Under the pieces are notes generated by a model. It was not told the DNA's origin and did no database searches. It saw only the letters and a list, made by a program, of their open reading frames with translations. This document shows positions 26,845 to 40,200 of a stretch of 64,000 bases of DNA, in pieces. The DNA comes from Dimorphilus gyrociliatus (taxonomy: Eukaryota; Animalia; Annelida). Position 1 is the first letter of the stretch, and each line of letters begins with the position of its first letter. The stretch is taken from assembly GCA_904063045.1 (NCBI GenBank), contig CAJFCJ010000001.1, positions 2,108,001 to 2,172,000 on the forward strand, in the 5' to 3' direction. The position numbers were made by a program, and so were the translations under genes.

Positions 26845-29800
26845 TTAAGCAAATATCGAACGCAATTGACCTGAGTCAAGAGTTTTAGTTTCCTTATCAC
26901 TGAGATACAAACAACGCGCGTTGTGCATCATTTCTTGGAACACCTGGCGGAAAAAAATCGAATAGAACACAAATAAACTTTGTTAGATATGTTGCCCTAT
27001 CAATTAAGATTATTTAAATAATAATACTTACAGAATGACTTTTCATATACGCCTCATTCAATTTATCGACATCAACTTCTAGTCCTGGATCAACAAACTC
27101 GTCCTCTTCGAAATCTTCTTGAGGAGGCATTTGTGGAGGTGGCTGTTGTAAATAAACAAAAAAATAAATATCTTCAACATTGAAAGCATTAAACTGTAAA
27201 AACACTATTTAAATCAATGTAGTAAATACTAGGTCTGCTGAGAAAAGTATTACGTCAATCGGTAGTGAAATTGTAGATAGAAGAAAAAAGTTATTAATAC
27301 ACTAACTGGATAGGAATAGGCTTCTTGATTGTAGGCTTGGGCTGGATCAAATGCATAAGAGTTTGATGGATCGATTGATTGATCACCACCTGATTGTTTG
27401 CCTGTTATGGAGCTAACGTAATTTGGATCAGTTCCGTAATGTTTGTGCCACATTTGAACATATTGCTCGGCCATGCTATGTAAAGATATAAATATATATC
27501 AAGAATGATAGCAAAATAATTGTAAACTTAATATTCAACCTATTTGTAAAAGCTGCTTGCTGTTCTTCCTGTTGTTGAATCCATTGCTGTTCCTGGCTGC
27601 TAACGTTTGGCTTCGTGGTTCTTATTATAAAAATAAAACAATTAAATTATCTAAAAAATTTGTGCTTAATATGCTTACGTAGCCTTTTTATGTTGGGCAG
27701 GGGATACTCGTATAGGTTTACCACCCAGCCCACGGTGGCCCTGCATTTCAATCATAGCTCGTTTTTGTTCATCTTGATCTTCAAATCTTACGAATCCATA
27801 ACCCCGACTATGACCCTCCTCGTTCAAAACAACTTTCGCCAGTCGGCATGACGGATATCTTTTACTAAACGTGGAATAGAGCAAAAGATCGTCAACATCT
27901 TCGGTGAGATCACCAACAAAGACGGAATATCCTTGGCTGATGAAAAGTGTTTTAATTTTTTAATATTTCATAGTTATCGAAGTAGTTTATCTGACCTACC
28001 CATTGTTAGCGCCATCTTTCCCATAGTTCGCATAATTCAACTTAAAACGTCTAGGCTGAAAGCATAATTGGTTTATGGAATTAATTTTAGTAAAATAAAC
28101 GTAACGTTTAGATAAAAATGAACAAGTAATACTTACAGGTTTACTGGTTGGAACTATTTTCCCATTATATTTTAACATAGTATGTTGAGCAACCTCGGAG
28201 CTGGCAAAATCAACAAAGCAATAGCCCATCGACTCCCTGGTTAGAAAGATTCTTGAATTATTAAATTGATCAAACTAATATAACTGTTAAAATCTCTTTA
28301 AGAATGAAAAACAACAAAGCAAAAGCCCCAACACATAAGAAACAATACAAAATAAGCAACAAAATTAAACTGAGGATTCTATTTTTAAGCCCTGATTCTT
28401 TCATAACTTTTATTAAACAATAAACACCATCGAAATAAACCTGAAAGAATTCATTTGATCATATCTTTCTTCGCCTGGTGGTTTCAATTTATCTTCACTT
28501 TCAGCCTCTCCCTCATATAGTTTGAATAAATTATACCATATATTTTGAGAATGAAGAAATTTAGGTGTAACCCATGTATCATTTCTCCATTTAGTTGTCA
28601 AATAGAACATTAAACTATCTACGTAGTAGTAGTCATCACTACGAGTAAACTCATCCATTTGATTTATTAGTAGCTGTGATAAATCATTTACAAAAAAGTC
28701 TTCACTATTTATGTAATCAGTTTCCGTTAAATAAATCAGATTATTTGATCGAATTGAGCTTTGCTCCATTAAAAAATTTCCTATTCTTTTCTCCAAGTCA
28801 ATAAAATACTTTTTTAAATAATAATTGCAGTAGTCTGTATAAGAATTAAATTTTGTTAAAAGTAAATCTTCTTGTGACGATTCATCTTCTCCATAGTTTA
28901 CTTGTCGTCTTTTGTGACTATTGTCATCATTTTTTATTCTTTCTTTATAAAAACGAGCTCGCAAACCGTCCTTTTTCTTTTGCTCATATAAGTAACGTTC
29001 ATTCGATTTCTTAATGCAGTTGTAACGAATTTTATCCCAAAAACCCGATTTCTCTTTTTGATTCATTGGTATACTTCTCTTTTCATTTTTATCCCTTAAT
29101 TTCTCGTTGCAATTATTATTTAAAGTCAATCTGCTACTTTCTTTATGCCTTGTTTCTTTTATTTCATTGGATATTTTTGACTTCTCTATAGCAGATTTTG
29201 GAGTAATTGCCTTGTTACTGCCGTTAACTTTTAAAGTTAATTTAATTGGTGTCTTTGTTTTGATTTTGTTAGCTGTACATGTAGTGCTTTCATCTATCAA
29301 AAGTGTTTCAGCTTTCTTTTCTTTATTTATATCATTCTCAGGAGTGGACTGTTTAAATTTCGATTCAAAGAGGGTAAGTAGTTTTTCGGCGAGCTTTTCT
29401 TCTATTATACACAAAAATATAGATTTCTTCGTAGAATATAAACTATTTGAAATAAAATTTGAAAGCCGAATATTCAAATTCGCTAGGCTAGTTTGTTACA
29501 TCTAATATTAGTACTTTTAATTCATTATCTCTGCATTTTCCCCTTAATATTTAAATCGAAATGAGACAGATTAAGCCTTGTGAATGTAGTAGGGATCAAT
29601 GAAAATAAACTATTCGGCTAACCTAATCAATATTTTAATTTACCTGATTTCATAATATCAAAATTACGGTTGGTTTCATTGATTAAAGGAATTCCATTGG
29701 AACTTGACTTGTCAGATGGAATCTGGTTATCGTCATTGAAGTTTCCCATGTTGACTTTATCAGTTTCGTCTGTTTGAGTCGTGATGTCAGATTCTTCTAT

Positions 29801-31484
29801 AAGATCTCTTCCCTCGATATTTGCTACATCTTTACCAGCTTCAGCCTTAGACGATTCAGTAAATGACTGCTTTGAATCATCAAAAGTAGCAAGTTCTTTG
29901 CCCAATGAGCGGGTAGATTGACCACTAATCTTTGAAGAACATAGTATCTTGTTCATGTCGCTCATTACATGTTTATTTTGAATGCTTTCTGTGACAGCAC
30001 TACAACCAGCTTCATAATACTTGTTTTGTTCAACGATTACCGTCAAATCTTCCTTTTCAGAATCTTTGGAAAGGTTATGTAATTCATTCAATGTATTTCT
30101 CCTTTTGGGATCCTCAAGTTTTCTTCTTTCAGATAAATATATTGCATTATCTTCCATCAAATTTTCATCCCGATCCCTAACTGAAGATGCACTGAGTGTA
30201 CATTCTGTTTCTAAAGACTGACATTGATTAGGGCTCTTTTCGATGAAGTTAGGGGAATAATTGCTTTGATCTTTAATAATATTATTTGAGCTTGTATTAT
30301 TAACGAGTTTTACAGAATCTCTTTCTTTATTTTCTTTAATTTGAAAACTTTCATCGTTTGAAGAAAGACAATCAGTTTTTGCTTGACGATTTTCTTTTAA
30401 CCAGCTTTCGACTTTTTCATTACCCTGTTTTTCTTTCATTAGTTTATCAGATGAAATATTGACACGTTCACTCTGACCTGAACTCAATGAAGACGATTCT
30501 GACTGCGAAGACGAAGACGAGGATGAAAAAGAGAATAAAGCTTTTTTAGATTTTTTCCTTTTGAACTGTTTCTCTATTGTTTCCATAAGCATCATTAGCT
30601 TCAAAGCTCTCTTGAATCTCTTTTTCTTTATTACCTTATGGAATATTGTTGTGGATAAGCTAGAGCTTGAGCTGCTAGACTTACGTTTTCTTTTTTTTTT
30701 ATCATTCATAATCGTAGAATCCAATAACTGGTTTTTATACGATTGAAAATTTAGATAGAAAGAAACCAGTTTCAAGTCAATTAAACAACAATTAAATCAT
30801 CCTTTTAAACTATGCTGTTAGATAATTTATTCTCAAATATAGTCGAGATTAAAGTTTAAAGAATCTTCTTCTCATCTCAGAACGATCGATAACAAATTTT
30901 AAATTATTTGAGCTGCCTTGAAACACCAATCTTGAATGATTACGTGCTAGTGAAATAACATATGTTCTGAATTGTGTCCACGACTGAATCGAGTTAAGCA
31001 TACTGTATATTGATTTTATTATAGCGAACATAGGCTATTGTGAAGCACCATCTATTGTTTACTTTTTCAGTATTTAAAAAAATGAAGATATTTTAGTAAG
31101 ACCAATTGACTTCGATAGAAAGTACATTTTAGATAAAACAGTAAAATATATAGTTGATCCAACATACTTTTACATTATGAAATGAAAACATAGCACAAGA
31201 GAAAGCACTAAATAACAAATATTTTTGAACAAACGAAATTTAAATTTTGGCGTAGACTAATAATAAAGAAAATAACTCACCCTGTTATTTTGTTTCGAAT
31301 AACTTTAACCGTGATAACTTTTAATCCCAACGCCATAAAAGCGTTTTTAACGAATGTTTCATCCATATAAGGATCCAACTGTTAGAAAGGAAATAGATAA
31401 AATATAATTATAAAAGAATAAATAATGTCAATTTTATATGATGTATTTAAATCTACTGACATCTCCCATCCACAAACAGCTCAT
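26845..31484 (-). CDS. TRNAU1AP: tRNA selenocysteine 1-associated protein (SECp43), two RRMs
   Basis: Exons 31484-31461, 31378-31281, 28236-28137, 28055-28000, 27936-27679, 27620-27540, 27475-27307, 27142-27032, 26943-26845. [69 protein letters not shown], and acidic C-terminal [19 protein letters not shown]. Confidence 0.95.
28413..30709 (-). CDS. Orphan ~710-aa protein nested on the same strand in TRNAU1AP intron 2
   Basis: Two long ORFs join in phase: 30709-29644 (TCA G|GTAAAT) and 29482-28413 (CCTAG|CG). Basic NLS-like and Ser-rich N-terminus, disordered middle, aromatic-rich C-terminal domain. No family recognised. Confidence 0.7.
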
Positions 31485-32375
31485 TTTTACCAAAAATAAA
31501 GCTTAAATTTTCGTCTGAGCGAAATTAGAAGAGAAAAGTGCCGGGGTATTACTAAACCCGTGTCACGACAAGAAAGAATAGAAAAAGAATATAAAGCTTC
31601 GCATTTGCAAAATTAAACTCATCTTTGTTTCCTAATTATGTTTAAATTGTATGAGTTTAGAGTAAATAAAGATAAAATTAAGCGAGGTAAATTTAAAGGA
31701 ACAACCTAATAAATAGATCAAGAGCTTATGTATTTTATTCTTCCAAATATTCTAATAAAATTAAAAGCAAATATTCTTCTCTTGATGAGAATAATATAAA
31801 AGATATTAAAAAACTTTGTCAAAATATTTCACAAATGAACAGTGAAAGTTTTATTATACGATTAATTATCCTGTAAACCCCGGAGTATATCCTGAATTGT
31901 CTTTATAACCAATTTGACTGCTCTCCTTTTGATCTGTCTTTTCTTTCTAGTAGTTGTTTTACTTCTTGTAAGAATGATTCTAGACTTTTCAGAACTTTCA
32001 GTTGTGTACGTCTTCTTTTCTCCTGCCATGATTTGAAACCAGAATTTTTTTCTAATTCTTTATTGAATATGAAGAGTGTTGATTTGAATATGAGTACAAT
32101 AACATTCTTTTTTCTATACTAAAAAAATATTTTCGTATCATTTTTGCAAATTTTTATTTCCAGAAAAACCTACTTAAAGTATGCCTATAAAAATTAACTA
32201 AAACAAAAGGTTTGTACATTTTTTTCGTATACTGTTAGAAAATAATTTCACAAGTAGAAGGAATCCCTCAAAACTTGGATAGAAGTATCACAAAAATATT
32301 TAAAATTTAAAAAAAATGACTATTCCTATCAAAAACGAATTAAAATGTTAATTATTTATTACTTTATGGAATAAA

Positions 32376-33857
32376 ATGGTGAAATATTATATATATTTAA
32401 GTATAATATTAAATTTTGTAACTTTATCGTTGTTTGTAAGTATTATCTTAAAGAAATTATATTAAATTAATATTTTATTTGTATATGAAAATATCTTTTA
32501 TTAAAGATTTCCAAATTTAATTGTAAATGTGGTAAAATACGTTCTAAAAAAATGATAATTAACTGTCCTTATAAAGATAGTAGTTGCTTTAAAAAATATC
32601 CTAGTGAACCTATTACTATAAAGTTTGGTTGTTATTATAGGAGACTTAAGACGGATGATAAACCTTCAATTATTGATTTTTCTCCGTATGAGATAATTTA
32701 ATAAGTTAAAAATGTTATTTCTTCATATAGAATATGATTGATATTTATAATCAAACAGATATGTCTCTAGAATGTTTCAGAACTATTCTTCTTTTAGGCT
32801 TTCGAGATGCCGAAGACGTTCTTTAACTTTAAATATGAATGGATTGGAAATTTATAAAATGAATATAATAGCACTCTTCATTGGTTTCGAGGATGCTATA
32901 AACATATGTAATTTTACAGTATACCATTCAGAAAATTTAATACTAAATATAGCAGATGGCGCTACACTTTCTAACTTTGGAAATCATTATACTTGTAAAG
33001 GGGATACGTTTAATGTTAAAAGCGTTGGAAAAGTTACTTTTAAAAGAAATATAATACTAAATCCGTTCCCATTTATTATTGAAGCATTAAAATTTTCTGA
33101 CGATGATATATCAAGGGAGAAACTGATACAGTTTGACGTTATGCATAAAGAAACGTTGGATTACGTTTTAAATAACATTAGTACTATTAAAATATACCTT
33201 ACCCACGTAAATGAAAGAGAATTAGCTAGTATAAGTGAATGTAAGGGTTTTAGATGGATTGTGCATCTAAAAAAATGTATTGATGAGATGAAATCTTCAA
33301 CAAAACTTACGATATCAAATGAAAACGTAACAGAATTATTGCGTGTAACAAACTTCGAATGCCTCAAAGGTAATGAAGATTTTGATTGCCTTTCCACAAC
33401 AGGATCGACTACACAAATACCAGATGCCTTAAATAAAACAGAGAAAAGTAAGATAATTACTACGGAGATTTCAATAACATTGATACCAGCTGCTGATGAA
33501 GAAATGATAACATTCTTCGAGCATAATTTAAACGTTACCGCTGATCGAGTTAACAAAACCCCAATTAATGTAAGAGCGTATGCATAAATTAAATATGAAA
33601 ATAAAGCTATTATTACTTTCAATTGAAATTATAAACAGGTTAAGAAAATTAATATTCTATATTTAACTTTAACTTGCATTGGTTTAGTATCTGTTACATT
33701 ATTTTTGATAGTTATAGCAATTATTAGGAGAAGAACATTTCAAGCTGAAATAGATAGTGGAGAATTTTCAAAGTCGAGTAGTAGTACAACTAAGGAAGAT
33801 ACTGAAAGTGATAAATCAACAAAATTTGATAAAATTAACTTAGAGAATAACATTTAA
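32376..33857 (+). CDS. Orphan type-I single-pass membrane protein (~420 aa)
   Basis: Exons 32376-32435 (signal-peptide-like MVKYYIYLSIILNFVTLSLF), 32507-32685 (Cys-containing), 32759-33569, 33639-33857 (TM ILYLTLTCIGLVSVTLFLIVIAII, then RRR and a Ser/Thr-rich tail), all in phase. Confidence 0.7.
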
Positions 33858-34090
33858 GGCATTTCCTAATTTGTTGTAAAAATTAGAATAAATCGTTGTT
33901 TTCTTAACATAATAGGATAAATAAACTTTAATTTGATGAAGAATCTGATACCTGGAATAGATTTAAACGAGATGACCTACTTTAATATTCGTACTTGTAT
34001 TTAGCGATTCCATTTCAAAACTGGTAAACTTACAGAAATATACTCCTTAAGTATAACAATTTTATCTTCCGGGAAAAAATAGTTTGCAAG

Positions 34091-35407
34091 ATGGCTGTAA
34101 GTAATAGATTGGGATTTGCAAGAAATAGACAATATGTGAAACTGATTGTCTATCATTTTATAACATAAATTAACTATTTGATTGATATTTAACTTTACCG
34201 TAAACGCATATAGCAGTTTCTTCATGAGCGATAAAATGATCTTTTCCAGGCGCCTGCTCACGGAGGAAAAGAGGAAAGACAGCTTCAAACTTCAATTGAT
34301 ATTCTTGTTCAGAGAGTCGCCGAACTAAGAAATAAGATAGAAGGTCTAATTTTACGATTAGAAAGAGAACCACCAGAAAGCTTGAATTGGTAATAAAATT
34401 GTTTCTCTTTCTCTATTTGTCACTTTGTTGTTAAGTTTCTATTGCTCTTTCGGAGTTATGTAACTATATATACACGGCTAACTCTTTTTTTTTGCATTTT
34501 AGGCCGTCATTCTTGGACAATTTTGCAATCATCTCTAGTCAAATTAACACCTTAACAAGATTTATCAAGAATGAAAAGACTATTCAATTGAAAAGTTACG
34601 AACTATTGCCTCTTTCGTTGAACCCAAATATTGATGAGAATTTAAGAGTAAGTGTATTTATTTTGTTTACAGGACTGGGCACGATAAATTTAAATTATTT
34701 TTTCACACTTTAGAAATTAACAAACGGACGTGTGCATACATTCAATCACGAATTAGTTCCAGATTACCTGCGTACAAAGCCAGAGCCTGAAGTGGAGGAG
34801 AGAGGAAATACTTTAACAGCCAAAGCAATAACTATTAATACAGACGTTGTCAATAAACAGGTATTCAACATCTTTTTAAGTAAAAAAAAAACTTAAAGTT
34901 GGCAAAGAACGACGTTTAATGTCAGTAGAGAAAAAAATATAAACAATTAAAAAACGCATATCAATTGAACACACGTTTTTAAACTACTAGTGCTTTTTTT
35001 TATTAAAAAGTTTATTTTTTAAACTTAGATGGCGTCCTTAAACAATGCTGTCCATAAAATAGCTGAATTGATTGAACACGAAAGAGAAAGATTCGAAGCA
35101 GACATAAACCAGAGAACACAAACAGCTCAGTCCTACCGACAAAAAGATACTGAAGAATTAGTTGCAAGTATAATGTACGGTAAAGGAATATCCGCAAATC
35201 GTGCTGTCTCACAAGTTACACAACCCCCCCAAGTATCTCAGCCGCAAACTATGCAAAATCAAATACCAAATCCTTCAAGTAAGATAAACTCAAGATATTT
35301 AATAAGTGATATATTTTTTTTTGCCGTTTATAGATGCACACATGTACCAACAAAAGGCTATCAAAACGAATATTAGAGGAAGTAATCCTTACAATCGCCC
35401 TCAATAA
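34091..35407 (+). CDS. MED8: Mediator of RNA polymerase II transcription subunit 8
   Basis: Exons 34091-34096, 34250-34389, 34503-34647, 34714-34860, 35029-35278, 35334-35407. KEERQLQTSID, WPSFLDNFAIISSQINTL, GRVHTFNHELVPDYLRTKPEPEVEE, LVASIMYGKGI, IKTNIRGSNPYNR. Confidence 0.94.
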
Positions 35408-35919
35408 TTACTATATATATATATGTGTATGTATTATAGCTGTATTTCAAGGTATATTTGTTAATACCTTTTCTTATCTTGTCTTTAAAAAGATATCACT
35501 CATCTGAAAGGGTTTTCAATTATTTCATACAAATAAAAATGCGAATAAACAAGTTTTAAATGAATTTCTGCAAGCGATTTAGCAAACCAAAAAACAAGAG
35601 AACTTTAGTTAGTGCGAGACCTCGACAAAACTTTTTAAATAAGATATCGAACGGTTGAACCTGTTCTAGAACTTTCCAGAATAGCTCGTTTTTTTAGTCT
35701 TTCAAAGGCCTATTGCATGACCTAAAACTCAATGTGAAGTAGTTTCATAAGTTTTTCTCCAGAGAAACGAAAGGTATCTCTTTGAATGAAGCCTGTAGTA
35801 GAGAATTTATTCGTGAATTTTGCATAAAATTTGACGAATTTCTCGTTATTATTGTTGTTAAAAGGAGGCGCCGTTCAGTGTTCAACGGCAGAGACGTCTA
35901 TCGGAAATATTTGCGTGAT

Positions 35920-35931
35920 TGCGCATGCGCA
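35920..35931. promoter_or_regulatory. NRF1 consensus palindrome TGCGCATGCGCA upstream of the Bcl-2 family gene
   Basis: Perfect 12-bp palindrome ~70 bp before the ATG at 36000. Confidence 0.55.
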
Positions 35932-35999
35932 TAGAAAATTGTAAACAAAAAGGTCGTTTTTCTGCACTACAGATCTAAATTTCAATCCGGTTAGTACTT

Positions 36000-37291
36000 A
36001 TGAATCATCAGTTCAACGGAATCATGACAGATATGTTAAAGCCATTGGTTGAAAATATTGGAACAATGCTATCTGGCCGAAAACAATTAGTTAAAGATGT
36101 AAAGTTCAAACAGCAGAGAGAGGAAAACGATTACAACCGGTTAATGGAAGATACTCGATTGACAGCGAGGCGTATATCGGCCGTCGTTATTGATTATGTC
36201 GCAGATGGATCAGATAATAGTTCTACGGATACAGAAAAAGCCGTGATCAGAAGTGTAATGCAGGTATTAAAGGGCTATGAACCAACTCTTCAGCATATGG
36301 CAGAAAAAGTAGATGTGGAAGAAAGTGAAATAGAAAAGTCAATCAAATCAGTTGCCCAGAATATGTTCGAAGATCACTCCATCAGCCACGGAAGATTGGC
36401 TACATTTTTTGCTTTTTGTGGTGTTCTAAGTCGATATTACGTAAATAGTGGAAGGAAAGGACACGTTGATAGGATAAAAGAGACTGTAACTGAATATACT
36501 GAAAAAGAATTTTGCGAATGGATCGTGGAGAATGGCGGTTGGGTAAGCGAAATTTTTTTGGATTTTTAGCTTTGCGAGTATTTATTAAGTTGTATATAAG
36601 TATTGAATACATAGAGAAATCGTTAACTTTCTCCTAATTCTGTAAAAAAGGTCAAGGGTGGAACATAAACGCATCGTCCACTGGATACTTTCTGAGTGAA
36701 TAGCCATTTCGAAATGGCGAAACAAAAAACTTTCTCTATTGTGATAGAAGGGAAGAAGTAAAAACTAAGGGAAAGTAAAATAAACATAACAAAAGGCCAA
36801 CAAAAGTGTTTGTAATTGAATATGAAAGAAACGATTACAAAGAAATATTAAAACAAATTAGAATCAAATTTACAAGTATCGGATTACATATTCGACAGTT
36901 AAAAAGAGCCGTGAGATAGTTTGATCGCAAATATCTATATTATATATATATATGTGATACTGTACTCATTGCCGTGAGAAAGTAGAAGTCTTACAAAGTA
37001 GTTATATATACAATCGTAGTTTTTTAGGAGAAAAAAACTGGTTATTTTTTTTGCTTTTCTTTCAAAAACCAATACATAAAAATTCTCTTGCTATTCAAAA
37101 TATTTAAAAATCTTCCTATGACTCTCTTTATTAATTATGTCTTAACCTTTTCTTTATTTCTTCTACAGCAAAAATTCGAAGATTACTTCCCCGATCCTAA
37201 TAGCATTGAAAAATTTATATTCAAGACTGGAATATTATTATCAGCCATTAGTTTTGCAACATTAGCTTTTGCGCATATAATACATAAGTGA
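36000..37291 (+). CDS. Bcl-2 family protein (Mcl-1-like architecture, C-terminal TM anchor)
   Basis: Exons 36000-36542 and 37169-37291. BH1-like MFEDHSISHGRLATFFAF, BH2 EWIVENGGW followed by the family-typical phase-0 intron, and a hydrophobic tail (TGILLSAISFATLAFAHII). Confidence 0.88.
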
Positions 37292-40200
37292 GAGAAGAAA
37301 AGGAAAAAGAAGATTTAATATGGTGTTCGTCTCTCAATGTTTAAATGCAGGAAAGTTGAGGGGAAAACATTGGAAAAAATTAAGGAAACAGACTTTTTCT
37401 TTATGAAACCGGTGGTTATTAAAGATATTCTTTTGTATATACAGTATAACAAGTGTACAGTACTCTTATAAATGTTTCTACAAATAATACTTTGAAGATA
37501 ATTAGCATAAGAAAAATTCAAGTGAGAGATACATAACTGATGATTAATTGCTTAAAGATAAAAAAAAAAATCATTCTATACTTAGTGATTAATCTATTGT
37601 TTTTTCATGATCTGTATGGAACTTTTGAAGTTCTTTATACTCTTTTCTTTTGCATTTATATCTTTACTAGAAAACAAAACAAAAAAGTAAAAAAAAAACA
37701 AGAAAAAACTGAAACTATATTATCTTTAAAACAAATTGTTCAAAGGTTACTAACGTATCAATTTCACTACTAAAATTTACAGGTAAAAATGTGCTCATTT
37801 TATCTATCATCTCTTCAAAGTATTTTCAAAAGAAAAAAAAAAAAGAAAAGTCCGAGTCTGTAGAATTTAATGTTTTTATTCGTGTAAAAAATTGATATAT
37901 AAATGAATTATTATATTTTGTAATTGAATTAAAAGATTAAAAGAAAGAAAAAAGATGGAAAAACAAATACAGAAATTGAAAATTAAATTGTTTTAGTACT
38001 TTACTAATAATACATAAAACTGGGTAAAATATCTTTATACTTTCCATCATTCACACCCCTTTTCATCTACACTGCCCTCGGGTTACATGAAATATGTCTT
38101 CTTTAAGATTTATTTATTTGCTCTAGGTGACTGCAGTTTGTCAAAAAGAAGTGTATATGTTTGGTAAACTAAGGTTAGCTGTTAAGACTAGAAGGCAAAG
38201 AGAACAAAAGTAAAAAAAAAAGGGGCAGTACCGCCGCTGCAATCATTATTCTTCTTGCGAGATATACTTAAGATTGTCATAACTTTTTATTCCAAGAATC
38301 TTAAAAACATTATTTATCTGTTATTCATTAATAAGACTAGTTAATACATTGTAACGAGTTAAGGAATCATAATATAATGTTTAATTATATTCATACATAA
38401 GCCGAAAAGTGGAGACGTGATGTAAACAAGTTTTTTGTTTACGAAAATATTTTATTACTTCCTATCAAAGTATCAAAGAACCTTTTCAACATAGAGAACC
38501 TACCTATCGCAAAATAGTTAAAACAATGATTAAACTTATACGTCTTAACATAAATCACCTTCAGACAAAGAGAATTATGAATTATTGATAAATAAACAAT
38601 AAAAATAGCCAAAACATCTATATATACTTATAATAGTATATATATTTATATACATATATATATATATAACAATATCGTATTTTTGTTATACGGGTTATAT
38701 ATAAACTATCGTATTTAAAAACCGTTGACTTTTTTGAAAAACTAGGTTGCTTAGTAACGCCCATTCAGCCTATAACCAGTTTGTCATTTTGTCTGCTGTG
38801 TTTTTGTGTCTGAACGACATTTTAATTATTAGTATAGTGCAGTTTAATATATTCATGTTTATTTATACATATATTAATATGTATATGTATATATTTATAG
38901 ATATATCTAAATGCAGTCAAGAAACTATCAACAAAACTGTTAAAAGTTATTTACAGTGCAAATAGTAATTAATTTTTCACACGTCGTATATTTTTAGACG
39001 TTTTTCATCATTCGTATCGATTTCAGAGAACGCACACACCCGGCTTTCTCAAAGTTTTATCCTTATTTCAAATTTTTCTACTTAATTATCATAATCAATA
39101 TTGAAGAAGTATTACGAAATATTTCAATATGTTTCTCTTCGCCAATGATAAAAATAGAGGGAGATATTTCCTGTTTTATCTGGTTTTTCTTAGTGGAAAA
39201 CTAGTTTTTTATTGATTATATATACTTATTCATTTGTCAATTAATCTACCTTTATAAATGACTATTATTTTTCCTTCTTATATTATTTCTATTACAAAAT
39301 TTCTCACGATATAGGCCAACAGTTTTTCTGTTTATCTAAAATTTTCTCCTATTCAATAGTAAAGTTGTATAGTATACAAGTATAAATAAGGAAAGAAATC
39401 ACGTAATAAAAAGCAATAATTAGAGCATTGAACGAAACCACCCGCTAAAGTTTGGCCCGGTTTTTATTTTACCGTCCTGTAAACTCGTAAACACGATAAT
39501 TAGCTAAATTTAAATGGCTAAATACATCTATTCTCCCAATCTCGTATAAAAAAATAATATTGTCTATTTGTATCTTTTTTTTTCATGAATAGACCTATAA
39601 TTATGATTCATAGAGTTCAACAGTTGGAAATATCAATAGAATAGAACGCATATAGAATAAAAATGGATCATATGATCTTCATTTAGAAATAATTCCATTC
39701 TTGTTTGTTATTATTTGAGAAAGAAAACTTTTATGACTATTTCTGACAAGAAAATCTATACGTGTCAAAATAAAAGGAATAATGAAGAAGAAGAATGAAA
39801 AAGACGAAATGATTGTTTAATTAGCAATCATTCAGTGTCGATTTACCCCATTTAATACGTTAACATCTCCACTTATCACCCAAAAAAGAAAAGGAACCCT
39901 AACCCTTTTACCCCATTTCTTTCTAAAACTTACCCATATGACTGCACGTAAAAGTAGGTCAAACCTGATTTTTTCAAACCGAATGAAAGACGCGTAATTT
40001 TAAACCGACAGTCATATAAAACATATAAAAATTCCTGAAACTTTTTACGTAAAAACGTGGAATTTTTATTAAAAAGATAATTATTTTCAATATGTATATA
40101 TTATATATATTTACTATAGTTTGTTAGAATTTATTATCCTTCATATATTATATATAATTACTAATTTATTACTATTTCTACTTAATTAATATTCAAATAA

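Noticed and set aside
30849-31031. 60-aa ORF in TRNAU1AP intron 2
   Set aside because: Could not be joined in phase to either the host or the nested gene. Probably 5' UTR or chance.
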